A DNA stretch of 64,000 bases. Source: Octopus sinensis. Lineage: Eukaryota. Position 1 is the stretch's first letter. Every line of letters begins with the position of its first letter. The DNA lies in the NCBI RefSeq assembly GCF_006345805.1, contig NC_043008.1, forward strand, positions 45,198,001-45,262,000. Reading direction: 5' to 3'. A program made the position numbers and the translations under genes. Below the pieces are notes generated by a model. The model did not search any database. It saw only the letters and a program-made list of their open reading frames with translations, and was not told the origin of the DNA. This document shows positions 12,073 through 24,870 of this stretch, one piece after another.

Positions 12073-12392
12073 GTGGCTGTGTGGTAAGTGGCTTGCTTAC
12101 CAGCTTCATGGTTCCGGGTTCAGTCCCACTGCGTGGTACCTAAGGCAAGTGTCTTCTACTATAGCCTCGGGCCGACTAAAGCCTTGTGAGTGGATTTGAT
12201 TGACGGAAACTGAAAGAAGCCCGTCGAATATATATATGCATACATACGACGAGCTTCTTTCAGTTTCCGTCTACCAAATCCACTCACAAGGCTTTTGGTC
12301 GGCCCGAGGCTATAATAGAAGACACTTACTCAAGGTGCCACGCAGTGGGACTGAACCCGGAACCATGTGGTTGGTAAGCAAGCTACTTATCA
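12073..12392. mobile_element. Two SINE family A 5' halves in inverted orientation
   Basis: 12073-12230 plus and 12245-12392 minus, joined at a short TA tract. Confidence 0.8.
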
Positions 12393-12468
12393 CAATTTTT
12401 TCAGTTGGGGGAGATCATCCAATTTTTGAATGGGGGTAAGATCACCAAAAAGTACCGGACGGAGTTTA

Positions 12469-13070
12469 ACCTATTTCTTTACTACCCACAAGGGGCTAAA
12501 CACAGAGAGGACAAACAAGGATAGACAAACGGATTAAGTCGATTACATCGACCCCAGTGTGTAACTGGTACTTAATTTATCGACCCCGAAAGGATGAAAG
12601 GCAAAGTCGACCACGGCGGAATTTGAACTCAGAACGTAACAGCAGACGAAATACCTATTTCTTTATTACCCACAAGGGGCTAAACATAGAGGGGACAAAC
12701 AAGGACAGACAAACAGATTAAGTCGATTACATCGACCCCAGTGCGTAACTGGTACTTAATTTATCGACCCCGAAAGGATGAAAGGCAAAGTCGACCTCGG
12801 CGGAATTTGAACTCAGAACGTAACAGCAGACGAAATACCTATTTCTTTATTACCCACAAGGGGCTAAACATAGAAGGGACAAACAAGGACAGACATAGGT
12901 ATTAAGTCGATTACATCGACCCCACTGTGTAACTGGTACTTAATTTATCGACCCCGAAAGGATGAAAGGCAAAGTCGGCCTCAGCGGAATTTGAACTCAG
13001 AACGTAGCGGCAGACAAAATACGGTTAAGCATTTCGCCCGGCGTGCTAACGATTCTGCCAGCTCGCGGCC
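12469..13070 (-). mobile_element. SINE family C concatemer: one head plus three 184-bp units
   Basis: Units start at 12469, 12653, 12837; tRNA-like head 13021-13070; flanking acg(g/a)agtttaacct 14-bp TSD. Confidence 0.85.
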
Positions 13071-13506
13071 TGAAACGAAGTTTAACCTGCTTGCCATGAC
13101 ATATTAACGATCGCTGTCAAAACACTGTCTACTTGCTGAATGACAGGCCGGTTCGTCGCAGGGCCCGCGCTATATTTCGACGACGTTGGACGGGTTGGCA
13201 AGAAACTGGCATTTAGATCAACGCCTCGCCAACCCCTTTTCCACTAACCTCGTCATTGTTGAAGGTGACGAGAGAAATTGCACTTGACTGCTTTTCAATT
13301 TTGTTTTCTTCTCTGTTAGTCGAACGAAGAAGAGATGTTACCAATGACTTGTGCAAACACTCCGAAACTGTTGAATTCAAATTGATAACAACTTTTATCT
13401 CTTTGATGTCCTCCTGTATTTAACAGAACTACCTTCGGCTGACCAATCAGTCATTCCTAAGTCATTAAAGGGCAAACAAGACCGCCACACCCCGCCCATC
13501 AAACCA

Positions 13507-13507
<1 letters not shown>

Positions 13508-13553
<46 letters not shown>

Positions 13554-13558
13554 TAACA

Positions 13559-13602
<44 letters not shown>

Positions 13603-13638
13603 AATGATGATGAAGATGATGATGATGATGAAGATGAT

Positions 13639-13669
<31 letters not shown>

Positions 13670-13715
13670 GTAATAATAGTAATAGTGATGATGATGATGA
13701 TGATGATGATGATGA
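13508..13715. repeat. (TAA)n/(GAT)n microsatellite block
   Basis: Direct reading. Confidence 0.95.
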
Positions 13716-13759
13716 CTGCGACCATTCTGGGGCACCACCTTGAAGAGTTTAAATCAAAG

Positions 13760-13925
13760 GGGCCGAGTCGATTACATCGACCATTCAACTGACGCTTACT
13801 ATATCGACCCTGAAAGGGATGAAAGGCAAAGTCGACTTCAGCGGAATTTGAACTCAGAACGTAAAGACGGACGAAATGCCGTTAAGTATTTTGTCCGGCG
13901 TGCTAACGATTCTATCAACTTGCCA
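13760..13925 (-). mobile_element. SINE family C, partial
   Basis: Homologous to 12900-13065. Confidence 0.7.
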
Positions 13926-14159
13926 CCAATAAGGTGGAAGTCAACATACTTGATTAGATAAACTATATAACTTTAATTAAAATTATACTCTTTGTGATAA
14001 GAAAAAAAAATCATCTAATTCTGTTCAAAAGAAAATGGGGAGACAACTTCGAAATTTTAGGTATTTAGTAGAACAGGACAATTCCGCAAGTGTTTCAGTA
14101 TTATTATGCTGCATCACCGAATCTTAAACCATGATTGCTTATCATTTTATCTTTATATT

Positions 14160-14710
14160 TTACTTTTTTCGGTCATTGAACAACAGCCTTCCTGGGGCAC
14201 CGTCTTCATGGGTTTTAGTCGCAGTGCTTGTTTTTTGAAGTCTGGTATTTATTCTGTCAGTCTGTTTTGCTGAACCGCTATATTACGTGGACGCAAACAA
14301 ACCAATACTGGTTGTTAATCGGCGGAAGAAGACAAACACATACATATGTTTGTCCCCTCAACATCGCTTGACAACCGATGTTGGTGTGTTTACGTCCGCG
14401 TAACTTAGCGGTTCGGCAAAAGTGACCGATAGAATAAGTACAAGGCTTACAAAGAATAAGTCCTGGGGTCGATTTGCTCGACTAAAGGCGGCGGTGCTCC
14501 AGCATGGCCACTGTCAAATGACTGAAACAAGTAAAAAAGTATATAGACAACGAGCTTCCACACAGTTTCCGTCAACCAAAATCACCCATAGGGCATTGGT
14601 CTACCCGGGGCTGTAGTAGATGTTTTTCCAAAGGGCCGTAGAGAAGGGCTGAACCAAAACACCACGTGACAGCAAGACAAGTTCGTTAACCGTGCAGCCA
14701 CTTCCGCACC
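14160..14710. mobile_element. Cluster of SINE family A halves (3' minus, 3' plus, 5' minus)
   Basis: Similarity to full family A copies. Confidence 0.65.
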
Positions 14711-15054
14711 TTTTTGATGAATAGGATATTAGTCATGGGAAAATATCTTAGGTTTCCTTGATAACAAACGGGAGAGTTGTCAGATGTATAATCAGGGAAA
14801 TTCTTTCAAGTACAAACACACCTCGCTGTGTTACGGATGTTGTCAAAGATAAATTTAATCAAATCTCAATTGTTTTTATCTTTTTTTGCATAAGTGGTGT
14901 CGAATCCACTTTAGGATTGAGTCGCTGACTTCACTGCACACGCAAACACACCCACACACCCACACACACACACACACCGTTATAAGAATATGTGTGCGTG
15001 TGTTGTCCAGAGGTGTCACACTTTCGGTCAAAAGTTATACCTTTTCCCTAACAG

Positions 15055-15428
15055 CAGTGGTTCTCAGCTGGGGTCTACATGACTTCTGAGGTTCCATACA
15101 AGATCGTTGGAATCCATACAAGCAAAATAGGAAATTGAAGATCCAGTTGTAATTTAAGGGTCCATGTAATTATTACAAGTAACAGCAAGGTTTCTTTTCT
15201 CTGACATTCTAAATACCGACTCAAGCGAATGGGCGAAAAACCAAATAGGAATTTTGTAAAAAGTAGCTATAAAAATCATTTTCAGACATCAAATGGACAT
15301 AAAGGGGGTCACCCTTTATGAAGAGTAATGAAAAGGGTCCAATAGTGCAGAAGAATAACCAAAGGGATCCACCAGTGTAGAAGCTTAATGGAAGGGATCC
15401 ACAAGTAAAAGATGGTTTGGAACTTCTG
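15055..15428. mobile_element. Possible hAT-type MITE, degenerate
   Basis: Left end CAGTGGTTCTCAG; right end GGTTTGGAACTTCTG is a decayed complement; no 8-bp TSD visible. Confidence 0.4.
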
Positions 15429-15561
15429 TGTCATAGCATGTCTCTAATATTTGAATTTAATTAAATCTTAGTATTTCTGTCACGTGCCTTCCTTAATGAA
15501 GAGGAAGCTTTATTAACATTTAATGGCGTTTACTTCTTATGTCACTTGGACCAAACGGCGA

Positions 15562-15720
15562 GCTGGTGGAATCGTTAGCACTCCGGATAAATGCTAGGCA
15601 GTGTTTCGACCCTCTTTACGTCCTGAGTTCAAATTTTGCCGAGGCACTTTGCCTCTCATCCTTCCAGGGTCGATAAATTAAGAAACTGTTGAACACTTGA
15701 ATTGAGGTAATGCAATCGAC
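15562..15720 (+). mobile_element. SINE family C, degenerate
   Basis: ggcgagctggtggaatcgttagcac...gagttcaaat. Confidence 0.65.
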
Positions 15721-16267
15721 TATGTAATCTCCGGTAATGCACTGGCATTCGAATGGTTTAAATTTGAAAAGCCTAACCTGTTTCACAAATTCATGATTTT
15801 CAAAAGCTGAGGTAGGAAGACGTGGAACTATTTGCAACTGTCTTGCTTCTGACTGGAGTTCAGAATTTCTCTTGTTTTTATAGAGAGTAGATGGCACAAA
15901 TTAGTATCTGTTTTGGATACGTTTTGCTCAACCGACCATGATTTAGAAATTTTCATTGGTTGCCCGCTACGTCCTTGCGTTAATATGTGACTATATTTTT
16001 TTGCGCCGAAGATTAATACTGACACGGTTGAGTGGATAGGTCTTGTGACTGTCCCTAAACACGGTTCTCTAAATTTAATCTGTCAAGTGGTAGAGCGGTC
16101 AGAAGTTGAATCTATGTAATCCGCTGGCTGAATAGCCGAATAGTTGTGATTTATTTCTGCCTGTCTCTGTCTATTTGTCTGTCTGTCTCTCTCCTCTCTA
16201 TCTCTCTAAATATATATATAAATTTATAATAAAGGCAAGCGAGTAAGTACACAGGTTTAACCACATG

Positions 16268-16304
<37 letters not shown>

Positions 16305-16309
16305 TGTTT

Positions 16310-16500
16310 CAGTAATTTTGACTGCGGCCATGCTGGAGCACTGCCTTTAGTCGAACAAATCGACCCCAGGACTTATTCTTTGTAAGCCTAGTACTTATTT
16401 TATCTGTCTCTTTTGCTGAACCGTTACGATACGGGGACGTAAACACCCCAACATCGGTTGTCAGGAGATGGTGGTTGGACAAACACAGACACACAAATAC
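16310..16500 (-). mobile_element. SINE family A, 3' half
   Basis: Similarity to full copies. Confidence 0.75.
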
Positions 16501-16788
16501 AATACATTCATATATTAATATATATGAGACAGCATGCACGAATGTGCAAATTCTACTTGAAAGGTATAATTTAAAAAATTGAAATATAGTTTATAGTATT
16601 GAACTATGTAAAAGTGATATAGGGGCCTGATGATTGGGGTTATATTTTAAGAACGGTTCCAGCAAAACACGGAGTGGTTTAGGAACCGGGAAATGTACCT
16701 CATGAAACACGTGTATCCAAGTAGCAGGTATTTAAAATAAAAAAATTCTTTTTTATATGGTGAGATGAAGGGGCCTACTATCTCTAAA

Positions 16789-16825
<37 letters not shown>

Positions 16826-17394
16826 GATGAGTTCAGCAAACAATTTAGATTCAGATGAATATGGTACATAAGTTGAGGCATCAGAATTTAGTACCGTATT
16901 ATATATACAATTTCAAAGTAAGGTGATTAAAATCAAAATGAGCAACAAGGATATCCAGAGGTAATGCAGTACGATCGTTTCATGCAACTCCATTTAATCG
17001 AACAATGCAATCATTACATCAATTTAAAATGCAGAGCAATCCTCAGCTGCACAAAGACATAGAATTTAATTAAATTAGATCAGATGGACACATTAGTATA
17101 ATTATAGCTAAAATCTCCAGGAAGTTAAGGAGATAGACAAAGAATATGTTGTTTCCACTTCAGCATAGAAGTTACTAGAATTATCAAGAAGACTCTGCCT
17201 GTCACTGATTTTATTTGTTTTTATTTAAGTTTCAAGCAACTTCAATATATCTGTTGCCTGCTTCCTTCACCTTATAGTTTGAAAAGGCCACAACCGGCGA
17301 AGTGACAGAACAAAGTTATAAGAAACATGTTGCTCTCCAAATAGGTATTGAGTCCTCTAGTCGCTTAATGCTCACTGTTTTTAAACATTTAAAG

Positions 17395-17442
17395 AAAAAC
17401 ACACGCACGCACGCACGCACACACACACACACACACGCACGC

Positions 17443-17508
<66 letters not shown>

Positions 17509-17609
17509 ACAAACGACGCTGAACGTATTCTGAATAGAAAATCTGCTATTCAGTTCAATGAAATTTTTGACACAAAAATTGCTCCTTCCCCAAAACAAAA
17601 CATTTCCCC

Positions 17610-17660
<51 letters not shown>
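17395..17660. repeat. (CA)n tracts with a (CG)n insert
   Basis: Direct reading. Confidence 0.9.
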
Positions 17661-17662
<2 letters not shown>

Positions 17663-17954
17663 AGTCGATAATGCTCTGAAAAGAAATCTACCATTCAATT
17701 CAATAGAATTTTTGACAATAAATCTTTTCAACTGAATAGAATTTCTGATATTTGACCCCTTGAACTTCGTTCCGGACCACTACCTAGACAACGTACAAAG
17801 CATACGAAATGAAATATCAAATATATTCTTAACTACGCACAAAATACGACAACAAACGTTTTTTTTATTTCTGATTTTTTTTTTCTTATTTCTTAAGTTG
17901 TGACTTTGCACTTTTAATATTTGATAAGATGGACACACACGTCGAAACCCGTAA

Positions 17955-18350
17955 TCTTTATATATGAAAGAGAAGTTGTGTGTCTGTCTCCTACGATTTA
18001 GATTCCTAACTACTCCCACATTTTGCGGTGCAGTTTAACCAAAACCGGGTATCTTATAGTCGTGATTCATATCGAGTCCTTCTGGGTATTAGCGCGCGTC
18101 TACGATGAGTCTACGATTTAAAAAAAAATTTACCATCCTCTTTTTCCATTTTAATGCATTTCTTCGCTATTATATAAGGGAAGTAATTCTCTAAAAATGT
18201 CTACGATGAATCAACGATTTAAAAAAATTTACCATCATTTTTTTCCCATTTTTAATGCATTTTTTTGCTATTTTTTGGCTATAACTCTCTAAAAATGCTT
18301 ATATAGTTATTTCCCTTACAAACCCGAGCAACGCCGGGCGATACTGCTAG
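17955..18350 (+). mobile_element. Non-autonomous Helitron-like element, copy 3 (shorter variant)
   Basis: A|TC...cccgagcaacgccggg...CTAG|T; 396 bp with an internal duplication. Confidence 0.8.
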
Positions 18351-18722
18351 TATTTTATAAAAGTCACTTAATATAACAAACTTAAAAAATACATTTTACG
18401 TCAGATGAAAGGAGAAAAAAGCAAGACAATCTTTAACGCCATAGCGACGGCTTTTTTTAAAAAAATCATCTCGGTTGAAATCATCAATTAGCGCAGGTCA
18501 ATGGTTGGGTGTATACTTAAATCAACTACTTTAACCAGTTTACAGAGGTGATTCCTTCGGTTGCCTCCACGTGGCAACGGCAATCGCGCCGATTGAAGTC
18601 AGCACTCAGTGCAAGATGACGTGCGGCATATATTTACGTGTCAACTGCTTTAGTATACATACATACATACATACATACATACATACATACATACATACAT
18701 ACATACATACATAAACACATTA

Positions 18723-18754
<32 letters not shown>

Positions 18755-18805
18755 TCATACATACAGTACAGTCCATACATATATACATATATATACATAC
18801 ATACA

Positions 18806-18840
<35 letters not shown>

Positions 18841-19308
18841 GGAGAACAGAAATTCTTCGCTTGCATATTTGAGTTTGCTGGCACTGTTAGTTTCGAGCAG
18901 ATCTTCAGAAGCGATAAGAAGCCGAAAGGGTATGCTCCCACTTTCAGTGTTTTCAAATCCAAACCAAGGAGTTCTGAGCTGATGATAGAAATGTCGAGTT
19001 GACTAATCTTGAAACGTACGTTCTCAATAACCTTTGCATTTGATTTTTTAATGTCTTTACCCCCATACTTTCGTGAGTTGAATTGAGCAAACACTATATG
19101 AGAGAGGTTTTCTTTAAGTATTAGAAATAGTTTTAAAAAAGTTTTTTTAGCTACTATTTCTAATGAGTTCAGTATGCGGCAAAGTAATTTATTTTACTAA
19201 GCCCTTTTATATAATGTAATAATTTGAATTCGCCTTAAATGGTCCCTTTGCATACTGAATACTTGGTGAAATTGATTAATAATTAATTCATTTTACCCTC
19301 AATTGTTG

Positions 19309-19354
<46 letters not shown>

Positions 19355-19361
<7 letters not shown>

Positions 19362-19412
19362 GGTCGATCACGTGATATATATATATATATATCACGTGAT
19401 CGACCAGACTAT
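19355..19412. repeat. Perfect 58-bp palindrome centred on (AT)9
   Basis: atagtctggtcgatcacgtg(at)9cacgtgatcgaccagactat. Confidence 0.95.
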
Positions 19413-19499
19413 CAGAATGTTGCTACACATCGCTGGTCACAATGCGCTTCGCATTGCTTTAGCCTCCAAATGACGCCACCCCGCTGGCTAAGCGAGCAG

Positions 19500-19536
<37 letters not shown>

Positions 19537-19927
19537 GCATGCACACACACATACACAGAGTATATGAGAATTATGATAAACACAAGTTTATAAAATGTGT
19601 TTCTACGGCTACCATCTTCAAGCTGGAGAGATTGGCATCTGGTTAGATACGGTAATGTTTATATGCATTCCCTACTGGTTGCATATTCTTGACTTGCTGC
19701 ACACTCTGTTTACCGACATTACAATTATTACGTAATTACAATCCTTCGGAAACAGCTGTCGGACCTGAAAGTTCATGCCTTCTCCCCTTAGTTTTCAATA
19801 TAGTTTGTTTCCTTTTATTTCTGTAAATATATAAACATCCAAATGCTTATTCATGAATGTTCATCTGAATATTTTCACCTTTTGTTTCTCTCTCTATATA
19901 CGTATATATATATTTACATGTATATTC

Positions 19928-19963
19928 CTTTCTGTTGAAGAGCGTAGGCTTGAAACGTAAAAG
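19928..19963 (+). ncRNA. Minimal type I hammerhead-like motif, Penelope type, with A6U substitution
   Basis: cttt-CTGTTGA-a-gagc/gtag/gctt-GAA-acgt-A-aaag. Confidence 0.55.
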
Positions 19964-20088
19964 ACTTTTTTTACCTTCGTGAGCGTTTAACTATTACACC
20001 TGATTGTTGTTTATACACCTATCTTCGTCTTTTGTTTTTCTGTAAATTTCAACTCTCTCCCCCACCCTCTCTCTTTATATATATATAC

Positions 20089-20123
<35 letters not shown>

Positions 20124-20507
20124 GATGGTAAGATAAGATCAACAAAGAAAGTACTCCATCTGGTGAGAGATAAATAGTATTTGATAAACACAATATTTAT
20201 GTGCTACTATTAGTTTCATGTGCCGAGAGCATGCTGGCAGTATTTTTAACATGTCTGGTGTTCTACAACAATCATCAGGCACTGCCCATATGGCATAATT
20301 AGCTAAATATGAGATGATAGGACGAGGGAAAAAGCAAGAAATGGCGAGAAAAGTAGATACAAAAGATGGAAGGTTGAAAAACCGGAAAGCGAAAAGAATT
20401 CAGAAAGAAACCAAAGGGGGAATTAGAGTTATTTCCCTTTAGACCGTAAAATACAAAGCTGAAAACGATAGTGGCATAGAGTCTGTGGTACAGTCATTCA
20501 ATCAAAG

Positions 20508-20584
<77 letters not shown>

Positions 20585-20944
20585 TTAAATGAGATGGATA
20601 CACAAAGAGAAAGAGTTGTGTATATACAAATAAGTCAACAGGAACTTAGTCATATTTTTACAAACGCTGAAAATTTCAGATCTAGAATTCAGTAGTGAGT
20701 TCGAGCTCCAAGATCTGAAAAGGATCTCAGTTCTCTCAGCTACGCATGTCTTACATTTTTTTCATTCGTTAACATATCGTATGGATTTTTCGACTATATT
20801 CCATTTATCCTATGCGGAATGGCGTCCGATTTCAAGCCCCATACGTGCTTTACTTTCTTTGCCTTGTGTCAAAAGAAAAGTAAAGCTACTAAGTTGTGTA
20901 TATTAAATGATATATATGTATATATATATATATATATATATGTA

Positions 20945-21113
20945 TATAGACGTAGAAGTGGATGTGTGGTAAGTAGCCTACTTACCAACCACATGGTCCC
21001 GGGTTCAGTCCCACTGCGTGGCACATTGGGCAAGTGTATTCTACTATAGCCTCGGGCCGACCAAAGCCTTGTGAGTGGATTTGGTAGACGGAAACTGAAA
21101 GAAACTTGTCGTA

Positions 21114-21145
<32 letters not shown>

Positions 21146-21382
21146 ATATGTATGTGTGTGTGTGTGGTGTGTGTGTGTGTTTGTGTATCTGTGTTTGTCC
21201 CTCCCAACATCGCTTGACAACCGATGCTGGTATGTTTAAGTTCCCGTAACCTAGCGGTTCGGCAAAAGAGACCCATAGAATAAGTACTAGGCTTACAAAG
21301 AATAAGTCCTGGGTTCGATTTGCTCGACTAAAGGTGGTGCTCCAGCATGGTCACAGTCAAATGACTGAAACAAGTAAAAGAG
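20945..21382 (+). mobile_element. SINE family A, full length with internal (TA)n/(TG)n
   Basis: tRNA-like head (GGTTCAGTCCC B box), central microsatellite, 3' half. Confidence 0.85.
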
Positions 21383-21968
21383 TATATGTACACACATATA
21401 CATATACGTATGTATGGCAATAAGCTTGTGTGTAGGCGTGTATGTTTGCATATGTGCATGGCAGTAATTTGTCATAGGAATATTGAATTAATACCAGCGC
21501 TCGAGCGGTACTGTTTTTCTTTTTACCGACTCCAGAAGTGTGGAACTTCGAACGGGAGGAAAATACCAAACACAGCAAAGCATTTAGTCCGGCGCTCGAA
21601 CAATATCCTGTCAATTCACCATCGCTTGATTTGCTAGATATAACTGCTGAATCATCCAGATGTCTGGAGACTTAAAAAACATGCGTTGATTTAATTGTGT
21701 TTCTTGAATAAGCAATGCGTAGGAAGGAGCATTGAGGGCTCGGCTGGAACATATTTGTTTTTTTTTCGGTCTGTTGGACTAATGTTGACCTCGGCTTAAA
21801 CAAAAGCAATACCAACAACAACGTTTACAACAATGCCGGGTGGAGTTACCAGTTGAAAAGGTAATTAAGAAAGCAGTAAAAACACGAACACAAAACAAGA
21901 TTCGTTGAGTTTATTAAATCAGGCGTTGCGAGTGGGAGAATAAAAGTGTCAGAGATAGAGAGACAGAT

Positions 21969-22047
<79 letters not shown>

Positions 22048-22142
22048 TTTAATGAGATGGATACACAAAGAGAAAGAGTTGTGTATATAAAAATAAGTAT
22101 ATTAGAAGTATATGTATATGTATGCATGTATGTATGTATGTA

Positions 22143-22180
<38 letters not shown>

Positions 22181-22341
22181 GTGTGTGTATGTGTGTGTGT
22201 GTGTATACCCACATATACGCAAGCACGTAAGAAATGGAGAGATAGATAGATAGCAAGATAGGCAGGTAGATAGATAGATAGATTGACAGACAGACTAATT
22301 GATGGTTGGCTGAATGCACAGATTGATAGATAGATAACGGA

Positions 22342-22386
<45 letters not shown>

Positions 22387-22388
<2 letters not shown>

Positions 22389-23416
22389 CGCAGGAGTGGC
22401 TGTGTGTGAGATTGTGCCACCTTCTTTCCTCAGTAGGGAAAGGAAGGCTTGTTTTTCCTGCGTAGTAGCCATATTGAAAGAAACAGTATGGAAGACGCGT
22501 ACGAAAGGTATAGTGACAGGTACCTTTGTATCCGGCCAGGGGTTGGTTAACTTTTTCAGTTACCACCTCGATAGTAAGATCAGGCTGGAGAAGAGGTGTC
22601 TGTCACGAGATATGTTTGCGAAAAGATGGAAGTCTGTAGCGTGCAAGCTGCGTATATCTGGCACCAGGTAAGTGTGGCCGGATCAAGAAGTAAAGGTTCT
22701 ACCCAGATGGTTGGGATCCGTGCCCTACTGTATAATACCAAATTTTTAAAACTTTATATTGTAAATATTATATATATTTTATTGTAATCACCAACGTTTT
22801 AAGCTACTACACCCTATATTTTTGTCTGTATTTGTATGTCCCCTCTATGTAACGCCTTAATGGCGAATCTTTCATGAAATAAAGTAGCTTGCTAACCAAC
22901 CACATGGTTCCGGGTTCAGTCCCACTGCGTGGCATCTTGGGCAGGTGTCTTCTACTATAGCCTCGGACCGACCAATGCCTTGTGAGTGGATTTGGTAGAC
23001 GGAAACTGAAAGAAGTCCGTCGTATATATGTATTAATATCTATATATAGATATATAGATATATATATACATATATAAATATATATATATAATATTCATAT
23101 ATATACATATATATATTATATATACATATATATTACATAATATAGTATATCTAGTATATATATATATATATATATATCATATAATATATTATCTATATAT
23201 ATATGCGTGTGTGTGTTTGTGTGTCTGTGTTTGTCCTCCTAGCATTGCTTGACAACCGATGCTGGTGCGTTTATGTCCCCGTTACTTAGCGGTTCGGCAA
23301 AAGAGACCGATAGAATAAGTACTGGACTTACAAAAGAATAAGTCCCGGGGTCGAGTTGCTTGATTAAAGGCGGTGCTCCAGCATGGCCGCAGTCAAATGA
23401 CTGAAACAAGTAAAAG
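22387..23416 (+). mobile_element. SINE family A split by a Tx1 fragment
   Basis: Head 22387-22406, resumes at about 22882. Confidence 0.8.
22407..22883 (+). mobile_element. 5'-truncated Tx1-like LINE 3' end
   Basis: KACFSCVVAILKETVWKTR aligns with KACFYCTVAVLKECVWRTR of the 5.3-kb element ORF2; ends in AATAAA. Confidence 0.8.
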
Positions 23417-23566
23417 TGTAATGAGTATATATATATATATATATGTTGATAAAAATGGTAAGACAACAAAAGAAAGAAAGAGACCTCGATGTTATGTAAA
23501 TAGAGGAATTTATCATGGCTACCGAATAATTGTCACATAATACATTTACATTATATATATATATAT

Positions 23567-23634
23567 AGGTGGTGCTATTAAGTTAGACATGGCCTGGGCC
23601 AATAATGGCCGAAACCTATCAAAGTATCAAAGTA
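23567..23634 (+). mobile_element. Extreme 3' tip of CR1-like LINE in (TA)n
   Basis: Matches the 3' end of the 43051-43794 copy, with (TATCAAAG)n tail. Confidence 0.8.
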
Positions 23635-24775
23635 TATATATATATATATATACATACATACTACATAAATAGACAGAGAGACAGACAGGCCGAGAGAGAA
23701 AGAGAGAGACGGAGAGAGACAGATAGGTGGATAAAGGTAGTTAGTGATGCAGAGACAAGGAGAGCCACAAAGATTAATGAAAAAAGGGGAGGGGTATTAG
23801 TTAGGGAGTGGCCTTGACAGATTATTACTACGTAGTTAAATGCAGAGAATAACATTTACAGAGAAAAACTTCTCAGCGACACCATCTGCAAGAAAGAGAA
23901 ATAGCTAAGTCAAAAGCTACCATATTCAATTCAATAAAAACCTAATTGGAAATAATTATGCGTTGAAGAAAAGACAATATTAGAGGCTGATAGTGTTATA
24001 ATTATTCTGAGAAGTAGGGGAGTTAACTTCAGCAATGTTTATCCTAGTCTCTTGCGTTAGTGATTGAATTACGGCCTTGCTGGAGCATCGTTTTGAAGAC
24101 TTTTGTCGAACAAAGTGACTCTGTTACTTATTCTAAAAGTTTAGTACCCATTTTATCGATCTGTTTGCTGGATCGCTACGTTATGGGGAGGTAAGCAAAG
24201 TAAAACTGGTTGTCAAGCGGCAAGGTAGGGGAACAGCCACACACATACACGCACACACGCATGTACATATGCACACACTGTCACACGCACACACACATAT
24301 AAAACATACTCATACACACATACACACACACAAACACACACACGCACACACTGACACGCATACACATATAAAACATACTCATACACACATACACGAAAAA
24401 CACACTCACACACAAACACGCGCGCACACACATGCACACACACAAATACACACACACAAACACTCACACACGCACATACTGACACACACAAACACACATA
24501 CACAAACAGCACGCACACACATGCACACGCTCACACGCACACACACAAATGCACACACACACTCACACACAACACACACACACACACGATGGGTTTCCGC
24601 ACAGTTTCCGTTCTAAATTCACTTACAAAGCATTGGTCGTGGGACACACATGACCAAGGTGGCGTGAAGTAGAACTGAACTCAAAACCACACAGTTTGAA
24701 TTACCTTCAGCTAAATTACCTTCAGCTAAACAGACATTACCGACCAGAGAATTATTCTTATTAAATAATTCTTCT

Positions 24776-24870
24776 TTCGAGGTCGATAAATTAAGTACCA
24801 GTTACGCACTGGGTTCGATCTAATCGACTAGACCCCTCTCCAAAATTTCGAGCCTTGTGCCTAGAGCAGA
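24776..24870 (+). mobile_element. SINE family C, 3' part
   Basis: Matches 28170-28265. Confidence 0.65.

Noticed and set aside
18720-19094. 124-aa minus-strand ORF as a host exon
   Set aside because: Runs into a microsatellite, has no recognisable motif, and the opposite strand is similarly open
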